Program-made: the position numbers and the translations under genes
Source: Terriglobia bacterium
Lineage (GTDB): Bacteria > Acidobacteriota > Polarisedimenticolia > Polarisedimenticolales > JAIQFR01
Reading direction: 5' to 3'
Assembly: GCA_963748015.1 (NCBI GenBank)
Contig: CAVVHE010000005.1
Location: forward strand, 1-64,000
DNA length: 64,000 nt
Notes under the pieces: generated by a model
Databases searched by the model: none
Told to the model about the DNA's origin: nothing
The model's input: only the letters and a program-made list of their open reading frames with translations
Part shown: piece by piece, positions 45,889 through 59,384 of the stretch
How the letters are laid out: the number at the start of each line of letters is the position of its first letter
Position numbering within the stretch: the stretch's first letter is position 1

Positions 45889-46980
45889 TTACTGTGCCGG
45901 GATGGTGATGAGCGGCAGGCTTTCCTTCTGGCCCGTATCCGAGAGCGTGAACAGCATGAGCATGAAGGTGAAGGCCCGTTTGCTGTTGAGATCGCGGTCG
46001 TCAATCCAGAACCAGGCGTTCCGGTAGGAGACGGCCACAAACGCATCGCCCGGTTTGCCGGTTGAACTGTGGATGCGCACCAGGCGCGGCGCGCTTTCCG
46101 GCTCGGCCTGCGTCTCAAGGCCGGGCGTGGCGCGTCCCTCCGCCACATCCTCCGGCGGCACCTCCACCTGCGCTGACATGGTGCTCATGATGTGCAGAAG
46201 CGAGCGGGTGATCACCGCCAGCTCCTTGCCGTGGGCGGGCGTTGCGCCAAACACGAGATGGAACTCCGTTCCCTCCGGATCCAGCCGCAACAACTGTCGC
46301 AACTCGCGGGTTTCGGCCAGAATCGCGTCGTCCACATCCTGGGCCCGGAATGTGAGGATGCTGGTTTGTTGGTCCTGCTTGTCCTGCTTGACCCGCATGC
46401 TGACGGCCCCGGAGCGTTGCAGGCTGCGCAGCAACTCCAGCACCCGGAGGAAGCTGGGGTCGGGCGGCGTCACCCCGCTCACCGAGGTTTCCTGGTTCTT
46501 CAATCCGTTGATCGAGGCGGCGGTGGCCATGAGGACGCCGTCCGCCGGCCAGCCGGACTGGATCATGAAGAAGACCGCTTCGGGCGGCAGCGGCGTCATC
46601 AGGGCCTTGACGAACTGGTTGCCCGTGAGCGGGACGTAGGTGATGGTCGGACGGTCGGTGAATTTTCCGGACGCGCCCAGCGCCAGGCTGTCATCCGTCG
46701 GGGCCGAGACCTGACCGCCGAGGCTCACCCCGGTTTCGAGCGAGTACCCGGCCACGATCTGGCCCACGTCTACGAAGATGGGCGGGTCCAGGTAGCGGAG
46801 CTTGACGATATTGAGCAGCGTCTGCCGCTTCCATGACTCGGAGATCGAACTGCTGTAGTCGCTGCGGTCGCGCGCGACGGTGCCGGGTCCGACGCTCTTG
46901 CACCCGGTGACGAACAGCAGCCCGAACGCCGGGAGCAGCAGGGTGTACAGCAGCACGCTGGTTTGAGTTTTCATCTTCAT
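45889..46980 (-). CDS. Hypothetical lipoprotein
   Basis: Lipobox VTGC; LLNIVKLRYLDPP, DRPTITYVPLTG, WFWIDDRD. Confidence 0.85.
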   Translation of the reverse strand: MKMKTQTSVLLYTLLLPAFGLLFVTGCKSVGPGTVARDRSDYSSSISESWKRQTLLNIVKLRYLDPPIFVDVGQIVAGYSLETGVSLGGQVSAPTDDSLALGASGKFTDRPTITYVPLTGNQFVKALMTPLPPEAVFFMIQSGWPADGVLMATAASINGLKNQETSVSGVTPPDPSFLRVLELLRSLQRSGAVSMRVKQDKQDQQTSILTFRAQDVDDAILAETRELRQLLRLDPEGTEFHLVFGATPAHGKELAVITRSLLHIMSTMSAQVEVPPEDVAEGRATPGLETQAEPESAPRLVRIHSSTGKPGDAFVAVSYRNAWFWIDDRDLNSKRAFTFMLMLFTLSDTGQKESLPLITIPAQ

Positions 46981-47044
46981 GTTATGTCCCTGCGCCTTTG
47001 CAGCTTCGCGTCCTTGCGTTAGGGCCTTTCCGTTCCATCCCGAC

Positions 47045-47710
47045 TCAGAGCTGGACGGGCAGCAACACCAGCCGGGCGACGGCGAAGAGGAACGCGAACA
47101 GGCCCAGGGCCACGACGCTCCGCCGTATCCAGAGTTGATCGAACTTCGATGCGGTGCCGCCGCAAAACAGGGCCGAGGCGAGCAGGACGGTGACGAGCAC
47201 GTAACCGCGGGAGGTGCGCCCGGCGTCCCCGGCCTGTTCCCAGAGTCGCAGGCTCTCAGCCTCCGCCGTGTCCGCCTCCACCAGGAGGCGCGGTTGATAG
47301 AGGTTGGTCCCGAACGGGTGTGCCGGGGCGTTGGGATTGTCGAAGGGCTGGGTGGCCAGCCACGCGTTGAAAGCCGTCTTCGCCTCGTCGCGAAAGCGAT
47401 CCGCGTAGAATTCCGCGAGCGCCTGGTTCGAGGCAGCGCGGGCGTTGACGTATTCCGTGAACAACAGGACGTCCGCGAGCTTCATCTGGTAGGACTGGAG
47501 TTCGGCCGCGACCGCGTTGCGGCCCGCCACGGCGGACCGGTTCATCGTGCGCTGGGACACGCCGCCCCACACGGCCGCCTGATAGGAGCACCACGCCGTT
47601 CCCACCGTGGCCAGCGAAAGCAGCAGCAGGCCGATGGGCTCGAACCAGGCATGCCTTGTCGTAGGGTTCGCGGGCGTCGCGCCGTGCCGTGGTTGCTCTC
47701 GCGTGCTCAT
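47045..47710 (-). CDS. Hypothetical membrane protein (about 3 TM)
   Basis: LLSLATVGTAWCSYQAAVW; hydrophobic C-terminus; ATG at 47710. Confidence 0.75.
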   Translation of the reverse strand: MSTREQPRHGATPANPTTRHAWFEPIGLLLLSLATVGTAWCSYQAAVWGGVSQRTMNRSAVAGRNAVAAELQSYQMKLADVLLFTEYVNARAASNQALAEFYADRFRDEAKTAFNAWLATQPFDNPNAPAHPFGTNLYQPRLLVEADTAEAESLRLWEQAGDAGRTSRGYVLVTVLLASALFCGGTASKFDQLWIRRSVVALGLFAFLFAVARLVLLPVQL

Positions 47711-47718
47711 GAGAAGGC

Positions 47719-48024
47719 TCAGCGACGAGCCGAGACGCGTGGGGTCGACGGGATGGACGGCATGGGCCGGGGCGTGGGGGTGGGCCGGTAAATCGGCTGT
47801 TCCACGTGCGGCGGGCGTTCGGGCCGGGGGGGCGGCGGCGTGACGATGATGTCCGGGTCGTCGTCGTAGTATCCGCCGTAGTACCAGGGATCGTTGAAAC
47901 CCACGCCGTAAGAGACGCCGCCACTGACACTGCCGCTGCCGCCCGTGCTTTCGCATCCGGCCAGGGCAAGAAGGCCCAGCGCCAGCGCGGCACTGATGGG
48001 GACCGAAGGGTTGAGGACTTTCAT
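47719..48024 (-). CDS. Small Gly/Tyr/Pro-rich lipoprotein
   Basis: Lipobox LAGC; GVSYGVGFNDPWYYGGYY; proline-rich tail. Confidence 0.75.
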   Translation of the reverse strand: MKVLNPSVPISAALALGLLALAGCESTGGSGSVSGGVSYGVGFNDPWYYGGYYDDDPDIIVTPPPPRPERPPHVEQPIYRPTPTPRPMPSIPSTPRVSARR

Positions 48025-48025
48025 T

Positions 48026-48928
48026 TCAGTGGGCTCCTTTCGCCTGGTCCGGACTCCATTCGAGAATGCCGATGACCGCCCCGGTCGGATCGGCAATCAC
48101 CGCCAGCCGTCCGTCGAGCAGCTTCGGGTTGGGGGTGATCAACACCCGCCCCCCCAGGGCTTGCGCCTTCGCCACCGCTTCGCTGACACGGGTCACGCGC
48201 ACAAAGGGCAGCCAGTTCGGCCGCACCTCGCTCCGCTCCGGCGGAATCGTCATGACCGCCGCGCGCGCGTAAGCCTCGCTGGTCAGCACGAAATCGTCGG
48301 GCCGGGAAGTGTCCGTGTTCTCGACGATTTCGTAACCGGCGACGGATTGGTAGAATTCACCCGCCTTGCGGGCGTCACCACTTAGCAGTTGCACCCAGAT
48401 CCAGTCTCCGGGCTCGGGCAGGAAATCCTGCGGATCGCCGGAACTGGATCGGATGACGCCGAACACCGCTCCCTCCGGATCCGCGAACACCGCCTGCTCG
48501 CCGCGGTCGGGATACTTCTGTGGTGCGGCCAGCACCTTGCCGCCGGCCTCCCTCACCGCGCGCTCCGCCTTGCGGACGTCGGGAACCGAAATGTAACCCA
48601 ACCAGCGGGGTTTGGCCGCCGTTCCCTCCGGTCGCGGACGTAGGAGGAGGCCGGCCAGTGGACGGTCCTGGTTCCGGGCGATCGTGTAGCCGCCCAGATC
48701 CGTGTAGGTCCACCCGAACAACTGCCCGTAGAACTTCCGCGCCGCCGGGACGTCATCGGTAACCAGGTCGGCCCAGACGAACTTGCCGGGCAACCGGTCT
48801 CCGCCTGCTGTGGACAGCGGCGGCACGCGGGGTTCCGGGGCCGCATCAACCGCGGCCCCGGCGCCCAGCAGCAACGTGAGAGCCGCGCCCAGACACTGGG
48901 AGCGGGAGGGGCAATGCCTGGGGTTCAT
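48026..48928 (-). CDS. Exported VOC/glyoxalase family protein (tandem domains)
   Basis: Signal peptide; GKFVWADL, FYGQLFGW, ADPEGAVFG, ADPTGAVIG. Confidence 0.88.
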   Translation of the reverse strand: MNPRHCPSRSQCLGAALTLLLGAGAAVDAAPEPRVPPLSTAGGDRLPGKFVWADLVTDDVPAARKFYGQLFGWTYTDLGGYTIARNQDRPLAGLLLRPRPEGTAAKPRWLGYISVPDVRKAERAVREAGGKVLAAPQKYPDRGEQAVFADPEGAVFGVIRSSSGDPQDFLPEPGDWIWVQLLSGDARKAGEFYQSVAGYEIVENTDTSRPDDFVLTSEAYARAAVMTIPPERSEVRPNWLPFVRVTRVSEAVAKAQALGGRVLITPNPKLLDGRLAVIADPTGAVIGILEWSPDQAKGAH

Positions 48929-48947
48929 GTCGAGGTCGGACGCCGTC

Positions 48948-49559
48948 CTACTTCGAGGATTTGGCGTCGGCTTTCTCGAGGGAGACCGCCAGCGCCTCGG
49001 TGTACGTGACGACGATGGTGTCGCCGATGTGGACTTGTGTCAGCCGCGTCGGATCCTCCACGCGGGCGGTCAGGTAATTGCCGCCCGGACCCTTGAGGGT
49101 GATGGTCTCGGTCGGGCGATCCAGGCCCTCGACGGTGGTGACCACCTTGAACCGGCGCAGACCGCCGCCGGCCGGAGAGGTTCCCTGCGGAGCCCGGCTG
49201 GCGGCTTCCAGCAGGACGATGGGATTCTTCTCCTCGTCGGGTGTGGGCTTGCGCAGTTCCGCCGCGACCGAGACGTAGTAATCCGCCTCGACAAGGTCGC
49301 CGACCTTGACTTCCTTCAGGCGCTTCACCCGCTGGTCCACGGTGAAGGTCACGGTGTTGCCCAGCGGGCCCTTCAAGGTGACCTCGCGGGTCTTGTGATC
49401 GATGGCCTCGACCGACGCGGTGATGCTGACGAGAACGGATTTCTCGACGCCCATGGGTTTGGATGGGGCGGCCGCCTCCTCGGCGGCGGCCAGGTTGAAG
49501 TGCGTCACCGCGGCCAGCAAGAGGCCGCCGAGGAGGAGGGAGTGGATGTTCATTTTCAT
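48948..49559 (-). CDS. Exported protein with a duplicated OB-like domain
   Basis: Signal peptide; internal repeat VEAIDHKTREVTLKGPLGN / VEGLDRPTETITLKGPGGN. Confidence 0.8.
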   Translation of the reverse strand: MKMNIHSLLLGGLLLAAVTHFNLAAAEEAAAPSKPMGVEKSVLVSITASVEAIDHKTREVTLKGPLGNTVTFTVDQRVKRLKEVKVGDLVEADYYVSVAAELRKPTPDEEKNPIVLLEAASRAPQGTSPAGGGLRRFKVVTTVEGLDRPTETITLKGPGGNYLTARVEDPTRLTQVHIGDTIVVTYTEALAVSLEKADAKSSK

Positions 49560-49676
49560 GTTTTGTCTTTGTGTTTGATTCCCATCGCTGTTTGTTCCGA
49601 TGGGCCGGTCACTACATTTCTGGCACGAATCCTCGGCCCGCGGGCCAGCCGTTTGCGGCCGGTGCCGGCCCCCAGC

Positions 49677-50294
49677 TCACTTGGCTTCCGGGGACAGGGC
49701 GGTCTCCATCTTGTCCATTTCCTTGAGGGCGGCCTTGATGGCCTTATCCACAAACTGGTGATTCCAGTTGGCGCTGCTGACCGTGCTCTTGATCGCCTTG
49801 ACGCCTCCGGCGGTGATGTCCGCCGCGAGCGCTTGTTGGATATCCCCGAGGTCCGAGAGGAACGGTTTGAACTTCTCGCTCGCCTCCTGGAGCGACGCCT
49901 CCACCTTGTTGTAATTCATTTTGACGGCGTCCAGGCGCTTCTGCGACTTCTTCCGCAAGGCTTCGTTCTTGATGCCATTTACGGTGTCCTGCCAGTCCTG
50001 GAAGTATTTCCGGCCATCGCCGGCCATCCACTGGACCCGCAGTTGCGTCACGGCGGCGGATGCCTCCGTCTTGGCCACTTCCGCGCAGTAGGCGTCGTAG
50101 GCCGGGCGCAAGTCGCCCTTGGTCTGTTTGGTGAGGGCATTCAGGGCGTCCAGCGTGGTCTGGAGTTGAATGGACGTCTTGGTTGTCTCGACATGGGCGT
50201 CCCGGATGCTGCTGGCGAGTTGTTCCTGGCTGGCCTGCGTGGCGGAAGCCAGCAGGGTCACCAGGCCGATGGTTAAACAAAGTTTCTTGTTCAT
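49677..50294 (-). CDS. DUF2959-like exported helical protein
   Basis: Signal peptide; YFQDWQ, KPFLSDLGDIQQALAADIT; paralog of 57929..58603. Confidence 0.75.
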   Translation of the reverse strand: MNKKLCLTIGLVTLLASATQASQEQLASSIRDAHVETTKTSIQLQTTLDALNALTKQTKGDLRPAYDAYCAEVAKTEASAAVTQLRVQWMAGDGRKYFQDWQDTVNGIKNEALRKKSQKRLDAVKMNYNKVEASLQEASEKFKPFLSDLGDIQQALAADITAGGVKAIKSTVSSANWNHQFVDKAIKAALKEMDKMETALSPEAK

Positions 50295-50412
50295 GGTATG
50301 TTGTTCCTCTTGTTTTATTTTGGTTTGTTGTCTTGCACCTGCCGCCGCGCCCCGGTTCACGGGGTCACAACGGCACATCTTTCGCCTGCCGGGGTCCTGC
50401 CTGGCCCCCGGC

Positions 50413-51222
50413 TCAGTATTTCTCTGGCACAAATGCGCGGCCCCTCAAGGTGGCTTCGTCATCGTAGGCCCCTTTCATCGAGCGTTTCGGCAGTTTGACC
50501 TTTTCCCGTGGCACATCCTTGTAGGGAATCAGTTTCAGAATGTGGCGGATGCAGTTGAGCCGGGCCCGTTTCTTGTCGTCCGAGCGCAGGATGTGCCAGG
50601 GCGCCCACCGGGTGTCGGTGGCTTTCAGCATCGCGTCGCGCGCTTTGGAATACTCGAACCACTTGCTGCGGGAGGGCAGGTCCATCGGGCTGAGCTTCCA
50701 CTGGCGCAGGGGATCCTCGAGGCGCGCCTCGAACCGGCGTTTCTGTTCCTTGTCGCTGACTTCGAGCCAGATCTTGATGATCTGGATGCCACCCTGGACG
50801 ATGTAGCGCTCCAACTCGGGACAGACCTTGAGGAAGCCCTCGTATTGCTCGTCGGTGCAAAAGCCCATCACCTTCTCCACCCCGAGCCGGTTGTACCAAC
50901 TGCGGTCGAAGATCACGATCTCGCCGGCCGCCGGGAAGTGTCGGATGTAACGTTGCATGTACATCTGGGACTTCTCCCGGTCGGAGGGGGTGGGCAGGGC
51001 CGTGACGCGGAAGACGCGCGGGCTGACGCGTTCGGTGAGGGCCTTGATGGTGCCGCCCTTGCCGGCGGCGTCGCGGCCCTCGAAGACGATGATGACGCGC
51101 AGGCCCTTGTGCTTGACCCACTCCTGCAGCTTGCAAAGTTCGCCCTGGAGCTTGCGCAGCTCTTTCAGGTATTTCTTGCCCTTCATGTTCTCGGGCTCCT
51201 TGGATGTTGCTTTCTTGCTCAT
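50413..51222 (-). CDS. ppk2: Polyphosphate kinase 2
   Basis: FEGRDAAGKGG, FDRSWYNR, WKLSPMD. Confidence 0.96.
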   Translation of the reverse strand: MSKKATSKEPENMKGKKYLKELRKLQGELCKLQEWVKHKGLRVIIVFEGRDAAGKGGTIKALTERVSPRVFRVTALPTPSDREKSQMYMQRYIRHFPAAGEIVIFDRSWYNRLGVEKVMGFCTDEQYEGFLKVCPELERYIVQGGIQIIKIWLEVSDKEQKRRFEARLEDPLRQWKLSPMDLPSRSKWFEYSKARDAMLKATDTRWAPWHILRSDDKKRARLNCIRHILKLIPYKDVPREKVKLPKRSMKGAYDDEATLRGRAFVPEKY

Positions 51223-51300
51223 AAATTGCTTCTCGAACCTTCCTGCCGCTGCCGGTCGGGCACCGGTGCTCCGGCGTCCAGGCTGCGGCGCGGCGCAGCC

Positions 51301-53054
<1,754 letters not shown>

Positions 53055-53055
<1 letters not shown>

Positions 53056-56000
53056 CAATGTCCTCCTTTTTCTGCGATAGGCTTGGCGGACGTGGGCACC
53101 GGCGCTTTCTTGCCGCCGCGCTCGACGATCTTCTGCACGAACACATAGCAGACCGGGATGATGAACAACCCCACCGCGGTGGAGATGCCCATGCCGTACA
53201 CCACGCCGGTGCCCATGGTCGCACGCGAGGCGGCGCCGGACCCCGTGGCCAGCATCAGCGGCACGCAACCCAGGATGAACGCGAACGACGTCATGAGAAT
53301 CGGGCGCAGACGGAGCTTCGATCCCTGGACGGCGGCATCGAGAATGTCCACGCCCTCCTCGCGTTTCATCTTGGCGAACTCGACGATGAGAATGGCGTTC
53401 TTGGCGGCCAGTCCGATCAGCATGACCAGTCCGATCTGGGCATAGACGTTGAGGTCGAAGTGTCGCATCAGCATGCCGATCATCGTGCCCAGGATGACCG
53501 TGGGGGTGGCGAGCAGGACGGCGAAGGGCAGGCCCCAGCTCTCGTATTGGGCCGCCAGCAGCAGGAAGACGAACAGCACCGCCATGCCGAAGATGATCGG
53601 CGCCTGGCCTTCGGATTTCTTTTCCTGGAGTGTGAGGCCCGACCATTCGTAGCCGACCTCGCTGGGCATTGTTTTCATGACCTCCTCGATGGCTTTCATC
53701 GCCTGCCCGGAGCTGTAGCCGGGCGCCGGCGCGCCGATGATCTCCGCGGCGTTGTAGAGGTTGAAGCGCGTGACCAGGTTGGGTCCGGACATCTTGCTGA
53801 TTTTTACCAGCGTGCTCAGTGGCACCATCCCCCCGCTGCTGTTGCGGACGTAGAACTGGCCGATGTCCTCCGGCTGGTCGGTGAATTGCGATTCGGCCTG
53901 GAGAAACACCTTGTACACGCGGCCGAAGCGGACGAAGTCGTTCACGTAAAGGCCGCTCAGGTAGGTTTGCAGCGTGGCGAACACGCTGTCCACCGTCACG
54001 CCCAGGGTGCGGGCCTTCTCGCGATCGAGCTCGACCTTCACCTGCGGCGTCGCCGGATTGAACGTCGTGCTGACCCGGGCGATCTCCGGACGCTTGGCCA
54101 CGGCCGCCTGGAGCTGCTGGACGTAGCCGGCCAGTTGCTCGATGGTGCCGCCGGAGCGGTCCTGCAACTGGAGGGTGAAGCCGGACACGTTGCCGTAGCC
54201 GGGCAGGGGTGGCGGGCCGAAGGCGAAGGCGCGCGCGCCGGGGATGCCATAAAACTTCTTGTTCCACTCGCGCACGAGGGCGCTGGAGTGCAACTCGGGT
54301 GTGGTGCGTTCCTCCCAGTCTTCCAGGCCCACGAACATCATCGCGGCGTTGGGCACGTTCAACGAGTTGAGGATGTTCATGCCGGCCAGGCCGACCGCGG
54401 ACCGCACGCCATGCGTGTTGCACACGATCTCCTCCACCTGCTTGAGCACTTCGTCACTGCGCTGGAGCGACGCGCCCTCGGGCAGCTCGACGGCCACAAA
54501 GAGATAGCCTTTGTCCTCGTCGGGAATGAACCCGCCCGGCACGAACCGGCCCACGAGCAGAATCCCACCCACCACCGCGACCAGCAGCAGCATGGAGCGC
54601 GTGGCCTTCCGGGCCAGGCCGCCCACGATGCTCCCGTAGTGGGTGCTCAACCAGTCGAAGAACCGGTTGAACAGTTTGAAGAAGGCGGCGATCGGGCCGC
54701 GCCCGGGCGTGGGTTTCTTGAGCATCAACGCGCACAACGCCGGGCTGAGCGTCAGCGCGTTGATCACCGAGAACACCACCGCCACGGCGATGGTGAGGGC
54801 AAACTGGCTGTAGAGCTGGCCGGTCACACCGCCCATGAACGCCACCGGCACGAACACGGCGCAGAGCACCAACCCGATGGCCACCACCGGGCCGGACACT
54901 TCCTTCATCGCCAGCCGGGTCGCCTCCACCGGTTCCTTGCCGTGCTCGAGGTGATGTTGCACGGCCTCGACCACCACGATGGCGTCGTCCACCACGATGC
55001 CGATGGCCAACACCAGGCCGAACATCGTCAGCACATTCACGCTGAAGCCCAGCACCGGGAACATGATGAACGCGCCCAGCAGCGAGACGGGCACCGTGCA
55101 CATGGGAATGACGGTGGCCCGGAAGCTTTGCAAGAAGATATAGACGACGAGCAGGACCAGAATCACGGCCTCCTCCAGCGTCTTGACGATCTCGTGCATC
55201 GACGCCTTGATTGGCAGGGTGGAATCGAGGGTGACATCGTAGGCCATGTCCGGCGGGAACTTGGCTTGGGCCTCATCGAGAATCTTTCTCACGTTGGCCG
55301 CCGTGTCGATGGCGTTGGCGCCCGGTGCGAGGTAGATGCCAATGGCGCCGGCCGCGGACCGGTTCAAGCGCGCCCGCAGGTCGTAGGTTTGCGCCCCGAG
55401 TTCCACGCGCGCCACGTCCTTGACCTTCACCTGGGATCCATCCGGGTTGGAGCGGATGATGATCTCCTCGAACTCCTTGGGATCCTTGAGCAGGCCGAGG
55501 GCGCGGACGTTGAACTGGTTTTCCTGACCGGGCGGCGCGGGCTCGGCCCCGATGCGGCCCGCGGGAGCCTGGGCGTTCTGCTCCTTGATGGCGTTCTGGA
55601 TATCGGTGGGGGTGATTCCCAGGGAGGCGAGCTTGTCCGGCCGCAGCCAGACGCGCATCGAGTAATCCTGCGCGGTAAAATTCTTCACGTCGCCCACGCC
55701 GCGCACGCGCTTGATGGCGTCCACCAGGTTGATGTCGCAGTAATTGCCCAGGAACACGGCGTCGTAGGTGCCCTTGGGGGAATTGAGCGCGATCACCATG
55801 AGGATGTCCGGGCTGGAGCGGTTGACGACCACGCCCTCCTGCTTGACCGCGGCGGGCAACTGCGCCTCGGCCTGGCTGACGCGGTTCTGCGTGTTGACCT
55901 GCATGATGTCCACGTCCGTGCCGACGTCGAAATACACGTTCAGCGTCAGCTTGCCGTCATTGGCGTTGAAGGACTGCATGTAGAGCAGCTTGTCCACGCC

Positions 56001-56210
56001 GTTGACCTTGGACTCGATGGGCGTGGCCACGGATTCCATGACCGCCTCGGCCGCCGCGCCGCGATAGGTCGTGGTGACCTGGATCATCGTCGGGCTGACC
56101 GGCGGATACTCGGCGATGGGCAGGCGTCCGAGGGTGATCACTCCGACGATGACCGTCAGGATGGCGATGACCATCGCCACGATGGGACGGCGGATGAAGA
56201 AGTCAGCCAT
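53055..56210 (-). CDS. RND efflux permease (HAE1 family)
   Basis: MADFFIRRP start, [34 protein letters not shown]. Confidence 0.96.
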
Positions 56211-57483
56211 ACGGGTTATTCCTTGCCGTGCTTGGACGCGCCGTGCCCGGCTGGGCTTGGCCTCCGCCTGTTGGGCCGCTTGAGCCGCGGCGGCTTCGGC
56301 CACCTGCTCGGGGGTCCTGGGCTTGCACCGGTTCGCCGTCTCTGGCCTTTTGCACGCCCTCGACGATGAGGCGTTCGCCCACCTCCAGCCCCGTGAGAAT
56401 GATGACATCACTGCCGATCTGCGGGCCAACCTCGACCCGGCGCTGCGCCGCCTTGTCGCCCTCACCCACCACCCAGACAAAGTTCTTGCCCTGCAACTCC
56501 TGCAGCGCCCGCTGCGGCACCAGGATGCTCGCCTTGTCGGTCTTCAGGTCGATCCGCGCCCGCGCGAACATCCCGGGGCGGAGCACATAATTGTTGTTTC
56601 CGTGACCATCGAAAAATTTCGTGTTCGGGAACTCCGCCCGCGCCCGGATGGTGCCGGTGGTCACGTCCACCGCGCGATCGACGAACACCCACTTGCCCTT
56701 GTCCGGATGTTCCTTGCCATCCGCCCGAATCAACGTCACGGACAGGTCGCCGATCTGGCGTCCCGTCTGTTTCACCTTCTCCTGAGCTTGCAGGTAGTCC
56801 ACCTCGCTGATGTTGCAGTAAAACCAGATCGGATCCATGGTCGAAATCGTGGCCAGCAAGGTTGGCTCGCCTTTGCCGACCAGACTCCCCACCGACACCT
56901 GCTTGGCGCCAATGAGTCCGGACACCGGCGCCCTTACGTCGCAATAGCTGAGATCCAGTTTGGCGGATTCGACCCGGGCTTCGGCGGATTGGACGCTGGC
57001 CTGGCCGACGGCCACGGAGGCCACCGCGTTATCGAGGTCCTGCTGTGGGATGGCCATGGCCCGGGCCAGAGGCGTGAGCCGGTTCGTGTCCGCCCGGTAC
57101 TTGGCCAAGGCGGCTTGGGCCTCGGCGAGCATGCCGTTGGCCGCGGCCAACTGTTCGAGGAAGGGCTTCTTGTCGAGCTGGAACAGCGGATCCCCCTCGT
57201 TCACCTCGGTGCCTTCGGTGAACAGCACCTTGTCCACGAAAGCCTCGACGCGCGCCCGCACCTCGACGTTTTGCGGCGAATCCAACTGGCCGATGAACTC
57301 GGCGGTCAGCACCGCGTTGGTCGCCGTGACCGTGAGCACGGTGACCGTCGGTGGCGGCGGAGCCGACGGCGCGGCCTTCTTGCAACCGGACGTGCACAGG
57401 GTCAGCGCCGCCAGCAGCAGAGCCGGACTGGTGAATACGCCCGCGTTCCGCAGGTGTGCTCGGTGATTTCGCATGGTGTTCAT
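56203..57483 (-). CDS. RND membrane fusion protein; the C-terminal tail probably has two indels (corrected stop at 56216)
   Basis: Lipobox-like [36 protein letters not shown]. Confidence 0.92.
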   Translation of the reverse strand: MNTMRNHRAHLRNAGVFTSPALLLAALTLCTSGCKKAAPSAPPPPTVTVLTVTATNAVLTAEFIGQLDSPQNVEVRARVEAFVDKVLFTEGTEVNEGDPLFQLDKKPFLEQLAAANGMLAEAQAALAKYRADTNRLTPLARAMAIPQQDLDNAVASVAVGQASVQSAEARVESAKLDLSYCDVRAPVSGLIGAKQVSVGSLVGKGEPTLLATISTMDPIWFYCNISEVDYLQAQEKVKQTGRQIGDLSVTLIRADGKEHPDKGKWVFVDRAVDVTTGTIRARAEFPNTKFFDGHGNNNYVLRPGMFARARIDLKTDKASILVPQRALQELQGKNFVWVVGEGDKAAQRRVEVGPQIGSDVIILTGLEVGERLIVEGVQKARDGEPVQAQDPRAGGRSRRGSSGPTGGGQAQPGTARPSTARNNPYG

Positions 57484-57928
57484 ACAGGAGGAGAGCGGCC
57501 TTGGGTTCATGACAGTCGTCGAAGGGGCGGGCGCGTCGTTGTCAGAGTCATGGTTCTGGATGGGCATGGTCAACGGGTCGTCCAAAGGCATAACCGCCGC
57601 GCAGCCCCTGGCGGCGGTGGCACCATTAGGGTCCTTCGCCGTCGGAACCTCAAGTCCAATTCCAAGGCGTGCTTGGATCGCGCGCTTCTTGCAGGCGCTG
57701 TTGTTCGCTGTTCATCGCGGTCCTTTCAAGCCTTGTCCCCGAACAACCCGACCGGGTGGTTCGCCGCAGCGTCGTCAGCCGCCCTGTCCGCGCGGGTGTT
57801 GCGCGGGCATGCTTCCTGGGATGCTTTCGCCGCCGTCATGCAATCGTTCGTCCTGCCGACACCCCTTCCCGGTCGCGCGGTTGGGAGGCCGGGCACGACC
57901 GGGAATGAGGGGGTCGCCAGACCGGCTG

Positions 57929-58603
57929 CTATTTCCCGGACTTGCCCTTTTCCTGCTTGGCCGGGGTGATGGTGGCGGCGACGGTGTTCAACTCCGCCAC
58001 CAGTGCGTCCATAGATTCCTGCACTTGCAGGCCCGCTTTGGTGGTTCGGGCAAACAGATCCTTGGCGGCGTCCACTCCGCCGATGGTCAGATCCTGGCCC
58101 AGATACTTCTGCAAGTCCTTGAGATCGGACATCCAAGGTTGGAACTGGGCCTTGAGCGGCTCGGTGTATTTCCGGATGTTTCCGAACGTTTCCTGCAGCT
58201 TGACCTTGCGCTGCTCCGCCAGTGCCCGGATCTCGGGGTTGCTGACCTCGGCCAGTTCCTTCTCCCACTGTTTGAAGTAAGTCTGGCCCTTTTCCCGCAT
58301 GGCCTGGGCGCGCTTGCTGATCTTCTCGGCGGCGTCCTCGAGCTTGGCCACATCCTTGGCGTATTGCTCGTAGGCCTTGCGCGGATTGGTGTCGGCGTTG
58401 GCCGCGATGTCACCCAGCGACTTCATGGTGGCGTCGATGGCATTCTTGCCTTTGACGATCTCGTCCCGGAACTCGGCGATGCCCGCTCCGGTCTTGTCGG
58501 CTTGCTTGTAGCCCGAGGCCGCAGTGGCCGAGCCCGTCAACAGGGCGGTGGCCACCAGGACGTTCATGGCGAGTATGAGTGAGTTTGTCTGCTTCAGTTT
58601 CAT
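57929..58603 (-). CDS. DUF2959-like exported helical protein
   Basis: Signal peptide; YFKQWEKEL, PWMSDLKDLQKYLGQDLT. Confidence 0.78.
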   Translation of the reverse strand: MKLKQTNSLILAMNVLVATALLTGSATAASGYKQADKTGAGIAEFRDEIVKGKNAIDATMKSLGDIAANADTNPRKAYEQYAKDVAKLEDAAEKISKRAQAMREKGQTYFKQWEKELAEVSNPEIRALAEQRKVKLQETFGNIRKYTEPLKAQFQPWMSDLKDLQKYLGQDLTIGGVDAAKDLFARTTKAGLQVQESMDALVAELNTVAATITPAKQEKGKSGK

Positions 58604-58635
58604 GAGGTGTTCCTTTGTTTTGTTGGTTGTTCTGT

Positions 58636-59085
58636 TCAATTCCCCCCGGTTTTGCCTGGAGCGGCGGGAGATTCTGCGTCTTCGTGGCCGGGCGGCGCGT
58701 AGCGCCGGCCAGTCAGAACGGCGTCCACAGCGTCCAGCAACTGCGAGGCGAGCGCACGCTTGAAGACGAATCCCGTCGCTCCCGCCTCAAACGCCGTCCG
58801 CAGGACACTCGACTCGTCATGAGTGCTCACGACAATCACGCGCGCCTCCGGGCACCGGGCGAGCAGACGCCGCAGCCAGCCGAAGCTTTCGCCCGGGGCC
58901 AGCGCGAGATCCGCCACCACCACACTGGGATGCAGCCGCAGGGCGCTCTCGATGAGCGACATCTCATCGGCCACCATCACCACCCCTTCGAATTCGCTCT
59001 CCAACAGACGGCGAATCCCTTCGGTGATCCCGTGATGCCGATCGGCCAGCAACACACAGTTGAAGTTGAAGGGTTCAATGCCCAT
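58636..59085 (-). CDS. Single-domain NarL-type receiver protein
   Basis: VLLADRH, VVADL, GATGFVFK; no HTH; start uncertain. Confidence 0.8.
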   Translation of the reverse strand: MGIEPFNFNCVLLADRHHGITEGIRRLLESEFEGVVMVADEMSLIESALRLHPSVVVADLALAPGESFGWLRRLLARCPEARVIVVSTHDESSVLRTAFEAGATGFVFKRALASQLLDAVDAVLTGRRYAPPGHEDAESPAAPGKTGGN

Positions 59086-59384
59086 GACTCGATGGACTGG
59101 CATCATACCGCGTTTGCTTTGGCATGGCGCTATTGGGGTCCACTTGCAGGGGCGCCCTGCCAACGCCTTCCCGCTGATCCCGCAGCGGTCACAGACCTCC
59201 GCTAGAGCGCAATGGCCCGCTGAAACTGGTGTTGGTCGCTCCCGTCGCCGCACCGCGGCGGAACGGTGTGCCCAGAGTTAGAGGGATGGCGGGGGCGGTG
59301 TGACCTCGCAAAAATACGGGGTTCGGCGGTGAAAAGTTCCCAGCCGCGCCCGTTGCCGGACGGTGGGTTCCGGGACAGATCGCT

